Source of the DNA: Eledone cirrhosa
Taxonomy: Eukaryota
Length of the DNA: 64,000 nt
Assembly (NCBI GenBank): GCA_964016885.1
Contig: OZ024741.1
Location: forward strand, 111,476,001 to 111,540,000
Direction: 5' to 3'
Under the pieces are notes generated by a model. It saw only the letters and a list, made by a program, of their open reading frames with translations. It did not search any database and was not told the origin of the DNA. Below, piece after piece: positions 1-12,046 of the stretch (position 1 is the first letter of the stretch; the number at the start of each line of letters is the position of its first letter). A program made the position numbers and the translations under genes.

Positions 1-3000
1 GCAAGCTTTCAGGCTAGTGGCCGTCTATGCCCCGACAGGAGCAGGGCGGCCTGATTTCTTCCGGCGTCTGGAGACCTTTCTTGGAACGTCCCGCTCTTTA
101 GTGTTAGTGGGCGACTGGAACGGGATCTTTATTTTACGGGAACGGGATCTCTATTTTAGGTTTTAAAATAAAAATATAAAAAAAAAACATGGCTGAGCCA
201 CGTCCCCCAGAAAAATGTCTGCTGTCGTGTGACAACGGCGTAAAAGTTGAGAGGAGGGTTAGTGAAATTCATACAACAGACACCTCCACAAATAACGTGA
301 ACAAAGACAACACTGAGAACACTAAATTTGAAAAAATTACCACACCAACTACAACAATAACAGCGACAACCAAAATACAGACAACAGAAATAAATGACAA
401 CAAATGCAACAACGATATTAACACCACTAACACCACTTAGTGTTAGTGGGCGACTGGAACGGTATCTTAGATGCACGCTGGGATCATGTGGGGCTAGTAG
501 ACAGGGCAGGAGGGTGTAAAAGCCTCAACAACCTGCTCAGACGTTTTGAACTGTCTGAGACAGGTATAGACTGGATTATCCGAATGTTGCCAATGTGGGC
601 AAACCGTATCGGGTCATCCAGATCGTATTTATATAGGGTATTCTGTAGGGAAACAGATAAGGCTAGTATAGATTGTTCACAATTTAAAATAGTCGACTAC
701 ACGGACCACAAATTTGTGATCTGTGAAGTTGACTTAGATAGACTCCATAGGCAAGGGCCCGGCTACTGGAAGCTGAACGTGTCGTTCCCGGCGCGCAAAG
801 TTTACAGAGACCGAATTAGCGAATTAGTTAATCGTCAACAACAGGTGGTGGTTTATCCTGAAAAGGGCTATTAGAGTAGAATCGATAAGGTTTAGCAAAG
901 GAGTAGTGATAGAGGAAAATAGAGTAGGTAGAGAAAGCTAGAAGAGGCGTTTAGGATAGGCATCGCAACCGACGTGCTTGTGGCGAGATTGGCACTCGAC
1001 CAATTCTTCAACGCAAAGCATGCAGGCTGCGTTGTCAGAGCTAGAGCGCGTGATCTAAGACACGAGGGGACGAAAGCCGTTCAATGGGCCCGGGTGGTGG
1101 AGGCTCGACGTAGCAACAAGTTGCTCTTTGCCTGATCAAAACGGGCGCATGTTGCTCGAACCCGAGCCGGGTCGGAGTATGGACTTCAGGGTATGGATGT
1201 CGGAGTATGGACTTCGGGGTATGGATGTCGGAGTATGGACTTCGGGGTATGGATGTCGGAGTATGGACTTCGGGGTATGGATGTCGGAGTATGGACTTCG
1301 GGGTATGGATGTCGGAGTATGGACTTCGGCGTATGGATGTCGGAGTATGGACTTCAGGGTATGGATGTCGGAGTATGGACTTCAGGGTATGGATGTCGGA
1401 GTATGGACTTCAGGGTATGGATGTCGGAGTATGGACTTCAGGGTATGGATGTCGGAGTATGGACTTCGGGGTATGGATGTCGGAGTATGGACTTCAGGGT
1501 ATGGATGTCGGAGTATGGACTTCAGGGTATGGATGTCGGAGTCTGGACTTCAGGGTATGGATGTCGGAGTATGGACTTCAGGGTATGGATGTCGGAGTAT
1601 GGACTTCAGGGTATGGATGTCGGAGTATGGACTTCGGGGTATGGATGTCGGAGTATGGACTTCAGGGTATGGATGTCGGAGTATGGACTTCAGGGTATGG
1701 ATGTCGGAGTATGGACTTCGGGGTATGGATGTCGGAGTATGGACTTCGGGGTATGGATGTCGGAGTATGGACTTCGGGGTATGGATGTCGGAGTATGGAC
1801 TTCGGGGTATGGATGTCGGAGTATGGACTTCGGGGCATACCTCGACGGACTGCCGCGGATCTCGACGACCGCAGCGCAGTGCTGCGAAAAGCCGATAACA
1901 GCAGGTGAAATACGGGAAGCGATGTCTGACTGCACGAGGGGTAAATCGCCAGGTTTGGATGGTCTGCCCTACGAGCTTTATGCGTATATGCCAGACTTGT
2001 TCGGCGACCTCTTGGCAGATGTCTACTGCAACTGACAGCAGAATGGGAGCATTCCCAGTTTTGTGAGCCGGGGAGCGGTGGCGCTGCTGAGAAAAGACCC
2101 GAACAAGGGGGACGTTATAGACAACTTCAGGCCCATAACTCTGCTGAACGCAGAGTTTAAGATTTTGGCCAAGGTGTTAGCAAAGAGATTGGCGCTTGTC
2201 GTCGGTGATCTGGTGGGAGAGGCGCATACATGCGCCATTCCGGACAGATCCATCCACGACAACTTCCATCTCATGCAATACATCATAGATAGGGCGGTTA
2301 AGGATCCTGGCACGGGTGGGGGCCCTGATCAACTTGGATCAATCTAAAGCATTTGATAGGGTCGACCATCGGTACTTGGCTGCGGTCCTCGAGGCGGGCG
2401 GCTTCTAGTTCATTTTTAGAGGCTGCATCGCTGTGATGCACAAGGACATCTGCTCGATTGTGAGGGTGAATGGTCACCACTCGCAGCCTTTCAGCATCAT
2501 GCGCTCGGTGTGCCAGGGTTGCCCCCTCTCGTCCCTCTAGTACGTACTAGCCCTCGAGCCATTACTGCACAAATTGGAGATTATGAGGGGGGTCCCACGC
2601 GAAATGGGATGCGGGAGATCCGTGTCAGCTTACGCCGACGACGTCACCGCGGTGGTGTCGAGCACCAAACACGTCCAGATGCTCGGCACCGCTCTCAAGG
2701 AATACGAAGCGGTGACAGGAGCAAAGATAAACCAAGAAAAGTCGGTGGGTTTGCAGTTCGGCACTTGGAGAGCCAAGTCCATGCCGTCCGACAGCGTCGT
2801 GGGGCACTGGACGGAAGGACCGGTTAAATTGATCGGGGTTTGGTTCGGTCCGGACCTCCAGATGGAGAAAAACTGGAGCGAGGTGACGAGCAGGGTGGCC
2901 TCTCTCACTCAGAAATGGGCCGAGAGGAAGCTGTCCCTGAAAGGTCGGGCGGAGGTGGCGAATGCGTACATCGCGTCCGTTATCTGCTACCGCCTGACCG

Positions 3001-3360
3001 TCGTACCTTGCCCCCGCCCAACTCTGGCCAAAATGGAGCGCATTCTCTTCCGCTTTTTGTGGAAGGGACGTGCTCCCATGGTCAGACGATCCATTTGCTG
3101 TCAAAACCCGTTGCGTGGAGGACTAGGTATGCCGTGGCTGATGATGCGCAAACATGCGCTGAGCCTGCGACATCTCTGGTGCTTCCTTGACGGTGAACAG
3201 GTGTGGTCGCCGTATGCCAGACGCGCTTTTCCCCAGCTCGTCTCCAGGAGCTGCAGTCCTGGATCAGGAAAAGACCGAGGGATAGCGCTTGGGAGCTGGA
3301 ATGTCTCCAAGCGCTCACCTCCTTCTACCAGCTGGGCACTAGCATCGGTGGAACATTGTG
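1..3360 (+). mobile_element. Decayed Tx1/L1-like non-LTR retrotransposon ORF2 (AP endonuclease + reverse transcriptase), frameshifted
   Basis: APE motifs VYAP, LVGDWNG, TDHK, GPGYWKLN; RT motifs KSPGLDGLPYE, NFRPITLLNAEFKILAKVLAKRL, KAFDRVDH, QGCPLS, SAYADDVT, PLRGGLGMP spread over several frames with stops. Confidence 0.93.
1171..1835 (+). repeat. 28-bp minisatellite, about 23.7 copies, inside the LINE
   Basis: Unit GTCGGAGTATGGACTTC(A/G)GGGTATGGAT, near-perfect copies; explains the three repetitive ORFs at 1128-2035. Confidence 0.97.
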
Positions 3361-3572
3361 TGTTGACAGATATTACAAAGACAGACATTTACGAAGTACT
3401 TCTTAGAACTACCTTTTGAATTTCATACAGTATATGCTAGGTTTACCATGTACGTTTTCTAGAAATCTTTGAACATCTTTCTTTATGACACCTAGAGCTC
3501 CTATCAATACTGGAATATTTTGTGTTTTATGGTGCAACATTCTGTTTACCAGAACTCCTATCATTACTGGAA

Positions 3573-3720
3573 TTCTTCTTCTTCTTCTTCTTCTTCTTCT
3601 TCTTCTTCTTCTTCTTCTTCTTCTTCTTCTTCTTCTTCTTCTTCTTCTTCTTCTTCTTCTTCTTCTTCTTCTTCTTCTTCTTCTTCTTCTTCTTCTTCTT
3701 CTTCTTCTTCTTCTTCTTCT
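3573..3720. repeat. (TTC)n microsatellite
   Basis: Pure TTC run. Confidence 0.99.
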
Positions 3721-3987
3721 ATTACAGATTTCTAACGCTTCGATTTCGTAAGTTTGTTTGTTGACCTGCTTCTAAAACAGGTAAACGACGATGATGGTGG
3801 CGGCGAGCTCCAGCCCACAACAACAAGTTGAAGTCACTCGAACACCACTAGAAAAATGACGAGTTAACCCTCATACTTACTTAACCTGAGGAATGTGCGG
3901 CAAAAATAAGAATAGTCAACGTACCACCTAAGTTGATACCTGCAAGCTGGTGGCAGCCATCTTAGCAGGAATCGCAGACAAAGAAGC

Positions 3988-4059
3988 AATCCTTTAAGAT
4001 CAAAAGCTTGGAATGGAAAATACATATGCTCTGACGCACAGAAACGATTGTAAAGGATT
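3988..4059 (+). ncRNA. Degenerate type I hammerhead ribozyme
   Basis: Stem I AATCCTT/AAGGATT and GAAA-CGATTG-TA present; CUGANGA box decayed to TAAGA. Confidence 0.4.
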
Positions 4060-5230
4060 CTAATAAAAGCAGTTTGAAAACTACATTGTTTTTTGTTGAG
4101 TACATACATACACACATACACACACATACACAGACACACACACACACACACACACAGACACACACAGACACACACATACACACACATACACATATACACA
4201 CACACAAACACTCACATACACACAAACACACACACAGACACATATATATATGTGTGTATGTACTTACAGTAGAAATACACAGTCTAAATTTAGCACGCAT
4301 ACATGCACACACGCACCCGCGCATCCCCACACTGTACAAACATTTCAAATATCAAATCCAGAAAATTAAGAAGAAAGAAAATATCTCACAAATAAAATCC
4401 TGATGCTGTTAAAAGAAAAAAAAATTCTTATATATTTCCTAATTTGTTAAAAAACTTAACTATTTCCTAATTTAGCTGAAGAAACACCCAAAAACTAAAA
4501 CTTTACTCATTTAACGGAAAAAGACGGAATGGCAATATGACAAAATAAAATATAATATATACATAAACAAATACATATATATAAAACAAAACAAATCTAT
4601 TCTCAGAAATTTCCTAGATTAGCAAAAGAAAAGAAAAAAAATGTCTGTTTCCTAATTTAGACAGAAAAAACATATATTCAAATACAAGAACTATTATATG
4701 AAAACAAAATATAGACATAAAACAAAAAGCAAAATGTAATATAGATAATACGAAACTAAAATAAAATATAAATACCAAACTAGAAACAAAATATAGTAAT
4801 AATACGATGCTAGAAGAAAATGCATAAGAACTTTAAAATTCAATAATGAAAATTTCCTGTTTTACCATTAGTAGTAATAGGCTTTTGCTATAATTAAAGC
4901 ATTTTTACGCACATAACCACACATACACACATACGCACACACACACTGACATTCATTGAAAATATTTGTTTGAATATCGTATTTGTACTCTTTTTCTCCT
5001 CTCCTCGCTTTACATTATTCTCACATACTCTCTCTCTCTCTCTCTTTCTCTCTGTGTATATATATATATATACCCACACATATACATATATATATATATG
5101 TGTGTGTGTGTGTGTATGTGTGTGTGTGTGAACGTATGTATGTAATATATAATACACACATACTTACATAAATGCATACATATATACATATACTCAGACA
5201 CAGACACAGACACAGACACAGACACAGACA

Positions 5231-5344
<114 letters not shown>

Positions 5345-6010
5345 CAAACACACACACACACGTTAGGAATCTATCGATGTTTGTATCTGCAGGAAGGCAA
5401 CATGACTCAATTTATCTGGAATGACCCGATCAACACTCGATGCTAAACAAAACGAATTCATTGTTTCAGAGCAGCAAATAATTAATTATTCGAATTTGAA
5501 GGGGAATTGAAGAGAAGGCAAAGACAATGTGTGAATCCCCTGCAAAAGACAACAGCAAATACAAGGAAAAAGACATAATTACGCGGACCCTAACGGTTTC
5601 TAATACTCCAGGCACATTTATGGTTAAAAGTATAATTGCATATTTGCAGTAATTTCACAAACAATAGTCGATCTGACTTGTATCCTACCCAGAGTTTGGC
5701 ATAAGTTTAATATATATATATAATCAGTTACAACAGTGACATATACAGTTACTTAAGTTTCGTTTGGTTATACACCCCAACTAATTCAGCTTGTTATATA
5801 AAGAAAGATATATATGGCTCAATGTGGTAGCTGGTATTTGTTCTCTTTAATCCGACAGAATAAATATTTTTTATAAATGTTACATTAAAGGAATTTATTT
5901 CATCAAATGTTACCGGTTTCGATTGGTTTATCAAATATTAAAAAAAGATTGTACTTTCTGTGGGAAGTTAGAACTTATGAGAATTTTCACTCAAAATCTC
6001 ATATGTTTTC

Positions 6011-6434
<424 letters not shown>

Positions 6435-6737
6435 ACATAATTAAATAGCTCTGTACTATACATAGAGCACTCTCCTTCCCTTTACCTTTTCCACGGAATT
6501 ACTTAACATAGTGGTGGTCTGGGTCTAAAAATACTGGTTGCCAGGAGATGAAGGGGGCCCACCTACGTACAGAATGCTATCATTTAATTTTTATAATGAA
6601 TAAATAACATTTTCGAAAAATGCATAAGTGGAAACAAAACAGTGCAATCAAATTTTTGTGGAAAATATCTTACCTTCTCCAATAAAAAATATTATATATT
6701 TTGCGAAGTCCAGAGACTTCCAATAATGACCAGAAGA

Positions 6738-7174
6738 CGACCCTAAATATTACTAATAGCTCTAGGAAAGCCATGAACGAGACCACATCTTTTTAACTTT
6801 GATTTTGAAAGTAGGTTTTAATTATCAATTTTAGCAATACTTTTATAGCTGTCTCGGTGGCCTAGCTGGAGGAATCGTAGACGGTGGTGATCCTGGTCTG
6901 AAGTTCGATCCTGGTCGGCAGTAGGGTTCCCAGTAAACCTTTTCAGTTTTTTTTCTATTGGTTGTAAAATAAAAACTGGAAAAGGTTACATGTACCTCTG
7001 GACAAGGATTGAACCAAAGGCCAGAAACTCCACCGTCTCTGGTTCCTAAGGCTAGGCCACAGAAACAACTACGAAAATCTTAACGAAAATTCATACTTAT
7101 AAACCTACTTTCAAAATTTTCAAAACAAAGTGTTGTGGTGCCGTTCATGCCTTTCTTAATGTTATTGCTCCTAC

Positions 7175-7175
<1 letters not shown>
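6738..7175. mobile_element. Fold-back element with two convergent tRNA-like (A/B box) heads, copy 1
   Basis: A box TGGCCTAGCTGG 6858-6869, B box GTTCGATCC 6903-6911, T8 at 6947-6954; inverted B box 7006-7015 and A box 7052-7059. Confidence 0.7.
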
Positions 7176-7243
<68 letters not shown>

Positions 7244-7333
7244 TGTTTGCTAAAATAATCAAATTAAACTAATTCAACAGTTAAACGTACATAGGAATAA
7301 GACGGTTGTTACCAAAGAGCGAGAAGATTGACA

Positions 7334-7783
7334 AGTCGACCCTAAGAATTACTAATAGTTCTAGGAAAGCCATGAACGAGACCACATCTTTTAAACTTTG
7401 ATTCTGAAAGTAGGTTTATAATTATCAATTTTTATTATACATTTGTAGCTGTCTCGATGGCCTAGTTGCAGGAATCGTAAACGGTGGTGATCCTGGTCTG
7501 AAGTTTGATCTAGGTCGAGAGTAGGGTTTCCGGTAAACCTTTTCAGTTTTTTTCTATTGGTTGTAAAATAAAAACTGGAAAAAGTTACATGTACCTCTGG
7601 ACCAGGATTGAACCCAAGGCCAGGATCTTCACCGTCTCTAGTACCTACCGCTAGGCCACAGAGACACCGACAAACGCGGATGAAAATTCATACTTATAAA
7701 CCTACTTTCAAAATTTTCAAAACAAAATCATGTGGTGTCGTTCATGTCTTTCTTAATGTTTTTGCTCCTACTTTGGTCGACTT
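7334..7783. mobile_element. Fold-back element with two convergent tRNA-like heads, copy 2
   Basis: Near-identical to copy 1 at a 600-bp offset; ends AAGTCGACC / GGTCGACTT. Confidence 0.7.
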
Positions 7784-7981
7784 CAAAATCATTTGGGTGT
7801 TCCATAAACTACATCCTCGTTTTGTTTCTCATCTATCTAGACTATATTTTAACCTGTAATCCATGTTTCATTTCTGTTCGCTCTCTCTCTCTCTTTCTAT
7901 CTGTGATATTTGAATCTACTATGATTTGGGCTTACCTTATTCCTATATATATGTTTTTGCATGTCAGTTAGATTGAAACTT

Positions 7982-8041
<60 letters not shown>

Positions 8042-8044
<3 letters not shown>

Positions 8045-8147
8045 CGAAGGAAATGTGGTAAGGAACCAGGTGGACCATAACGCACCAAAGTACTCAATAC
8101 TTAGGGTAGTAGAGTGGGTAATAGGAACAAGTAAGACCCCGACGGCT
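8042..8147 (-). repeat. Dispersed PLE-type terminal repeat fragment in (TA)n
   Basis: AACGAAGGAA..GTGGTAAGGAACCAGGTGGACCATAACGCACC recurs inverted at 8838-8917 and directly at 56309-56447. Confidence 0.75.
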
Positions 8148-8154
8148 ATATATA

Positions 8155-8380
8155 TAATATTAACAATATTAATAAATGGAAAATATCTTTATAATACCAT
8201 ATTTATTTTATCATACGTATTTGAAGAACACAAAATTTTAGTCCGCTTTCATCAGATAAAATATATTTGGTGTTAACATATTGACATACCTTAGCGTAGA
8301 CTTAATAGTATAAGTTCGTTAACGGCAGTGAAGTAAAAATCCAAAATCACAAGGATATAAGTTAACAAGGATACATTAAA
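8155..8380 (-). repeat. Degenerate PLE pseudo-LTR with decayed hammerhead
   Basis: Minus strand TTTTAT-CTGATGA...CAAA-TACGTA-TG-ATAAAA, similar to the pLTRs at 30987 and 46095. Confidence 0.55.
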
Positions 8381-8400
8381 ACTATATATATATATGCATA

Positions 8401-8620
8401 CAGTGGCGGACTAGGTCTAAAAATATTGGAGCCCACCTACATATAGAATACTATCATTTAGTTTTTATAATGAATTTTCCCAAAATACATAAGTGGAAAC
8501 AAAACAGTGCAATCAAATTTTTGCGGAAAAAATCTTACCTTCTCCAATGAAATATTTTATGTATTTTGCGAAATCCAGAGACTTTCAACAATGACGTTTG
8601 GTCTTTCATACTCACTCACT

Positions 8621-8657
<37 letters not shown>

Positions 8658-9281
8658 TAGGAAAAGAGTCAGGACCCCGACGGCTGAGCTCCGGCCATTT
8701 CGACAGATATAGCTGTCGAAACGCCCGTAGCTCAGGCGTCGGGGTTTTGACTATTTCCTATTACCCACTAGATGTCTTTAACCCATTGATACCAAATATT
8801 ATTCGGTCAGTAGTTCGTGTGTAAGTATATATATATATTACCCACTCTACTACCCTAAGTATTGAGTACTCTTGTGCGTTATGGTCCATCTGGTTCCTTA
8901 CCACACTTCCTTCGTTATATATATATATATATGCTTGTATGTCTGTGACTATATATATATGTTTGCATGCATGAATGAATACAGTAAGCGTTAGATTTAG
9001 TAGAATGTACAATCACTGATTCCAGCTATTTACACTAACGCATATTTTTTATTTCTAGTAATTCCCAGAGGAATTGGATGACCAAATGCTTTGCTTAATT
9101 GTTTTATTTATTTAACAAAAATTTTTATTCTTTCTCTTAAATTTCAGGTATTTTTCGAAAACAAAGCATTGACCCTTAAATACTACAGTGCAATGCTACT
9201 GTGGGTCCTTGCGATGTTACTGTGAGCCCCCTGAAGCCCACTTGCCTTTGCCATTGGGCAACCTGGCAACTCCCTCCACCA

Positions 9282-9284
<3 letters not shown>
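8401..9284. mobile_element. Non-autonomous TIR (hAT-like) DNA transposon with nested insertion
   Basis: Termini CAGTGGCGGA / TCCACCACTG; left part repeated at 6509-6730; flanking 8-mers TATGCATA / TATATATA match imperfectly. Confidence 0.55.
8659..8917. mobile_element. Fold-back PLE terminal fragment with hammerhead 3' half
   Basis: Inverted arms hinged at TTTCGACAG-ATATAG-CTGTC-GAAA-CGCCCG-TA. Confidence 0.65.
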
Positions 9285-9322
<38 letters not shown>

Positions 9323-9448
9323 TAAATGCGGAAACCCCTACTTTATAAATAAATATTTTGATGTTATACTGAAAAAATCCCTCTACCATTTTCTACTGTA
9401 TTTTTTTTCCTTTTTACTATTTGTTTATATATATCAACTCCTGCGTTC

Positions 9449-9488
<40 letters not shown>

Positions 9489-9556
9489 AAATTGGTGTTG
9501 GATGCTTAAAGCGTCCGTATGCGGTAGGCCGTTTGAGCACTCGATGCTGTCATAGA

Positions 9557-9829
9557 GCAGAGTATGATATCACAGAAAAAAAGAGAATCCGTGTTGCGAC
9601 GAATGGAATTTATTGGACATATTACAATCGTTTCTCTGGCGACCAGCTCGAGGCACGATCGATGTGATGATCGAACCTGACTCTGAAAATCGCAAGGTCC
9701 TCAGATACGTCTTGATTTTCAGAGTCAGGTTTGATCATCACATCGATCGTGCCTCGAGCTGGTCGCCAGAGAAACGATTGTAATATGTCCAATAATTCCA
9801 TTCTTCGCAACACTGATTCTCTTTTTTTT

Positions 9830-9836
<7 letters not shown>
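9557..9836. mobile_element. Fold-back PLE pseudo-LTR insertion
   Basis: About 130-bp near-perfect inverted arms ending in (TA)n on the right. Confidence 0.85.
9616..9711 (-). ncRNA. Type I hammerhead ribozyme with long stem II
   Basis: GACGTAT-CTGAGGA-(long stem II)-GAAA-CGATTG-TA-ATATGTC. Confidence 0.75.
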
Positions 9837-9865
<29 letters not shown>

Positions 9866-9867
<2 letters not shown>

Positions 9868-10268
9868 TGGGGATTATCATTCCCGATTCTCATTACATAG
9901 GTGCCTTTCCAGAGATCTAGCTCACTCGGCGTACACGAGTCAGCCAGAGAAAACCTTCTCGATTTAAAGCTTTTAACATCTCGGACCGAATTTTATCCTC
10001 TTCAGCGCCCTTCCCACATTTGAGCTCTTTAATTGCTATTGTGATCTTAGCCTGCGAGATGCTAGTCATCGCTTTGAGATGCACCTCGTGTACACCAGAA
10101 GATGTTGTGATCGGGTTTAGGAAATCAGTAAAGTATTCTCTCCTCGTGAGGATGTACCTCTCCGAAAGAAAAAGAAATCCAGACGCTTTCCTGATAGCAA
10201 GTATGGAGGGGAAATTCTTGTTACGAAGTTGGCGGCTGGTCTGCCAGAATACTTTAATTGCTGTTCAC
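9866..10268 (-). pseudogene. RTE-clade LINE ORF2 fragment
   Basis: Minus-strand translation AIKELKCGKGAEEDKIRSEMLKALNREGFLWLTRV..SGKAP..GMIIPIY, typical of the RT N-terminal region; internal stops. Confidence 0.8.
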
Positions 10269-10347
10269 TCTACATCACTCTCCCCTTCTCTCTCTCTCCT
10301 TCTCTCCCTCTCTCTCTTTATATACATACATACACACACACACAGAC

Positions 10348-10444
<97 letters not shown>

Positions 10445-10445
<1 letters not shown>

Positions 10446-10600
10446 CGCGCCTCTGTAGATTCTGTATATCAAATTTCAATCACAAGGCATTTATCAACCT
10501 GTGGCTATTGTAGAAGACACATGCCCGAAGTAAGACGCAGCGGAACTCAACTCATAACCCTGTTTATGCGAATCTAACTTTTTAGCCACACACCCGAGCT
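10445..10600 (-). mobile_element. Diverged tRNA-derived SINE fragment
   Basis: CACAAGGC..GGCTATTGTAGAAGACACATGCCC similar to 61440-61561. Confidence 0.6.
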
Positions 10601-11164
10601 TTCACTTGTACACATCTATGGGTCAATATCAATTGAAAACTTATTCGTCGAAAGCATAATGGCGGCAAGATATATTTTTCAGAGGAAAACAAATAAAAAA
10701 CAACAGCAACAACAGTGGAAAGTCAACTAATTTTTTTTACACAGCTTAATGTAATTCGAAACTGATAAGAACAAATAATGTTTTTAATGAAATATATTTT
10801 AAAGTTATTTTTGAGCAATTTGTTTTTTTCCTTTTATATAAGAAAATTATATGTAAATAGAAACACTGAAACTTAATCTCTACTAATTTTTAAAACCAAG
10901 TTATTGTATTTTTCAAATGATAAGAACAAATTATTTTTAGAAATGTTCACGCAGATAAAGCGTTCTTTTATATCTAAGATTATATGTATTACCTTGAAGA
11001 TAATCCAAAAATGTCTGTATTTTGATGGTGCAAAACAGCAAATTGATTTGTTTTGGAGAAAATAATACTCTTAACGTTGAAGAAAAGCTACACGAGCATA
11101 AGCAAATTGTACATCTCTCTCTCTCCCCCATCTCTCTCTGCATATATGAGTGTGTATATGTTTG

Positions 11165-11212
<48 letters not shown>

Positions 11213-11250
11213 GAGGTGTGGGGGTGTGGGGGTGTATGTATTGGTGGATA

Positions 11251-11288
<38 letters not shown>

Positions 11289-11339
11289 CATCCACCAATA
11301 CATACACCCCCACATGTGTATGTATTGGTGGATGGATGT

Positions 11340-12046
11340 ACTTTAAAACCCGGTTCGTCTGTTTGTTTACATACAGACTAGCTGGACACGCACTGTAAAG
11401 TGTCTAGTGAAAAACTCGGTACATGTACATATGTATACATGTGCGTATTTATATGCATACTAGTACTTCCGTATACATATGTAGATGTACACTTTAACTT
11501 AATTGTTTAAGCGTCAGTCATACAAAAGTGAGTTAGAAGCGAAAAGAAATTTAATTTCGTTTCGTTATTTGTTTTTATCGTTTCCGCTGAACCGGCGCGT
11601 ACAATGACTCACGTTCTATGCAAATTAGTCTGCCCACTACTGATTTTCATAGAAAAAGCATATAACGATATGTGCTTTTACAATTCTCCAGAGAAGCCGG
11701 AAGATAGGTATATATTGCTGATGAGATGTAATAACATCGAAACTAGTCCAATATTCCTGTCTGGCTCTCTGGAGAATAAAGGAAGTGTGTTTCCTTGAAA
11801 ACTCGTATGACTTTAAAACCCGGTTCGTCTGTTTGTTTACATACAGACTAGCTGGACACTCACTGTAAAGTGTCTAGTGAAAAACTCGGTACATGTACAT
11901 ATGTATACATGTGTGTATTTATATGCATACTAGTACTTCCGTATACATATGTAGATGTACACTTTAACTTAATTGTTTAAGCGTCAGTCATACAAAAGTG
12001 AGTTAGAAGCGAAACGAAATTTAATTTCGTTTCGTTATTTGTTTTT
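11340..12046 (+). mobile_element. Non-coding 470-bp tandem unit (1.5 copies) with hammerhead; retrozyme-like
   Basis: 11341-11577 repeated at 11811-12046; no ORF with recognisable motifs; flanked by (TA)n and short inverted repeats. Confidence 0.8.
11712..11754 (+). ncRNA. Minimal type I hammerhead ribozyme, intact
   Basis: ATATTG-CTGATGA-GATGT-AATA-ACATC-GAAA-CTAG-TC-CAATAT; all core nucleotides present, GUC cleavage triplet. Confidence 0.93.

Noticed and set aside
1128-2035. Three long repetitive ORFs, or a CRISPR-like array
   Set aside because: Stop-free 28-bp tandem repeat without unique spacers.
6851-6920. Functional tRNA gene
   Set aside because: A and B boxes are present but I could not build a convincing cloverleaf; it lies inside a repeated element.
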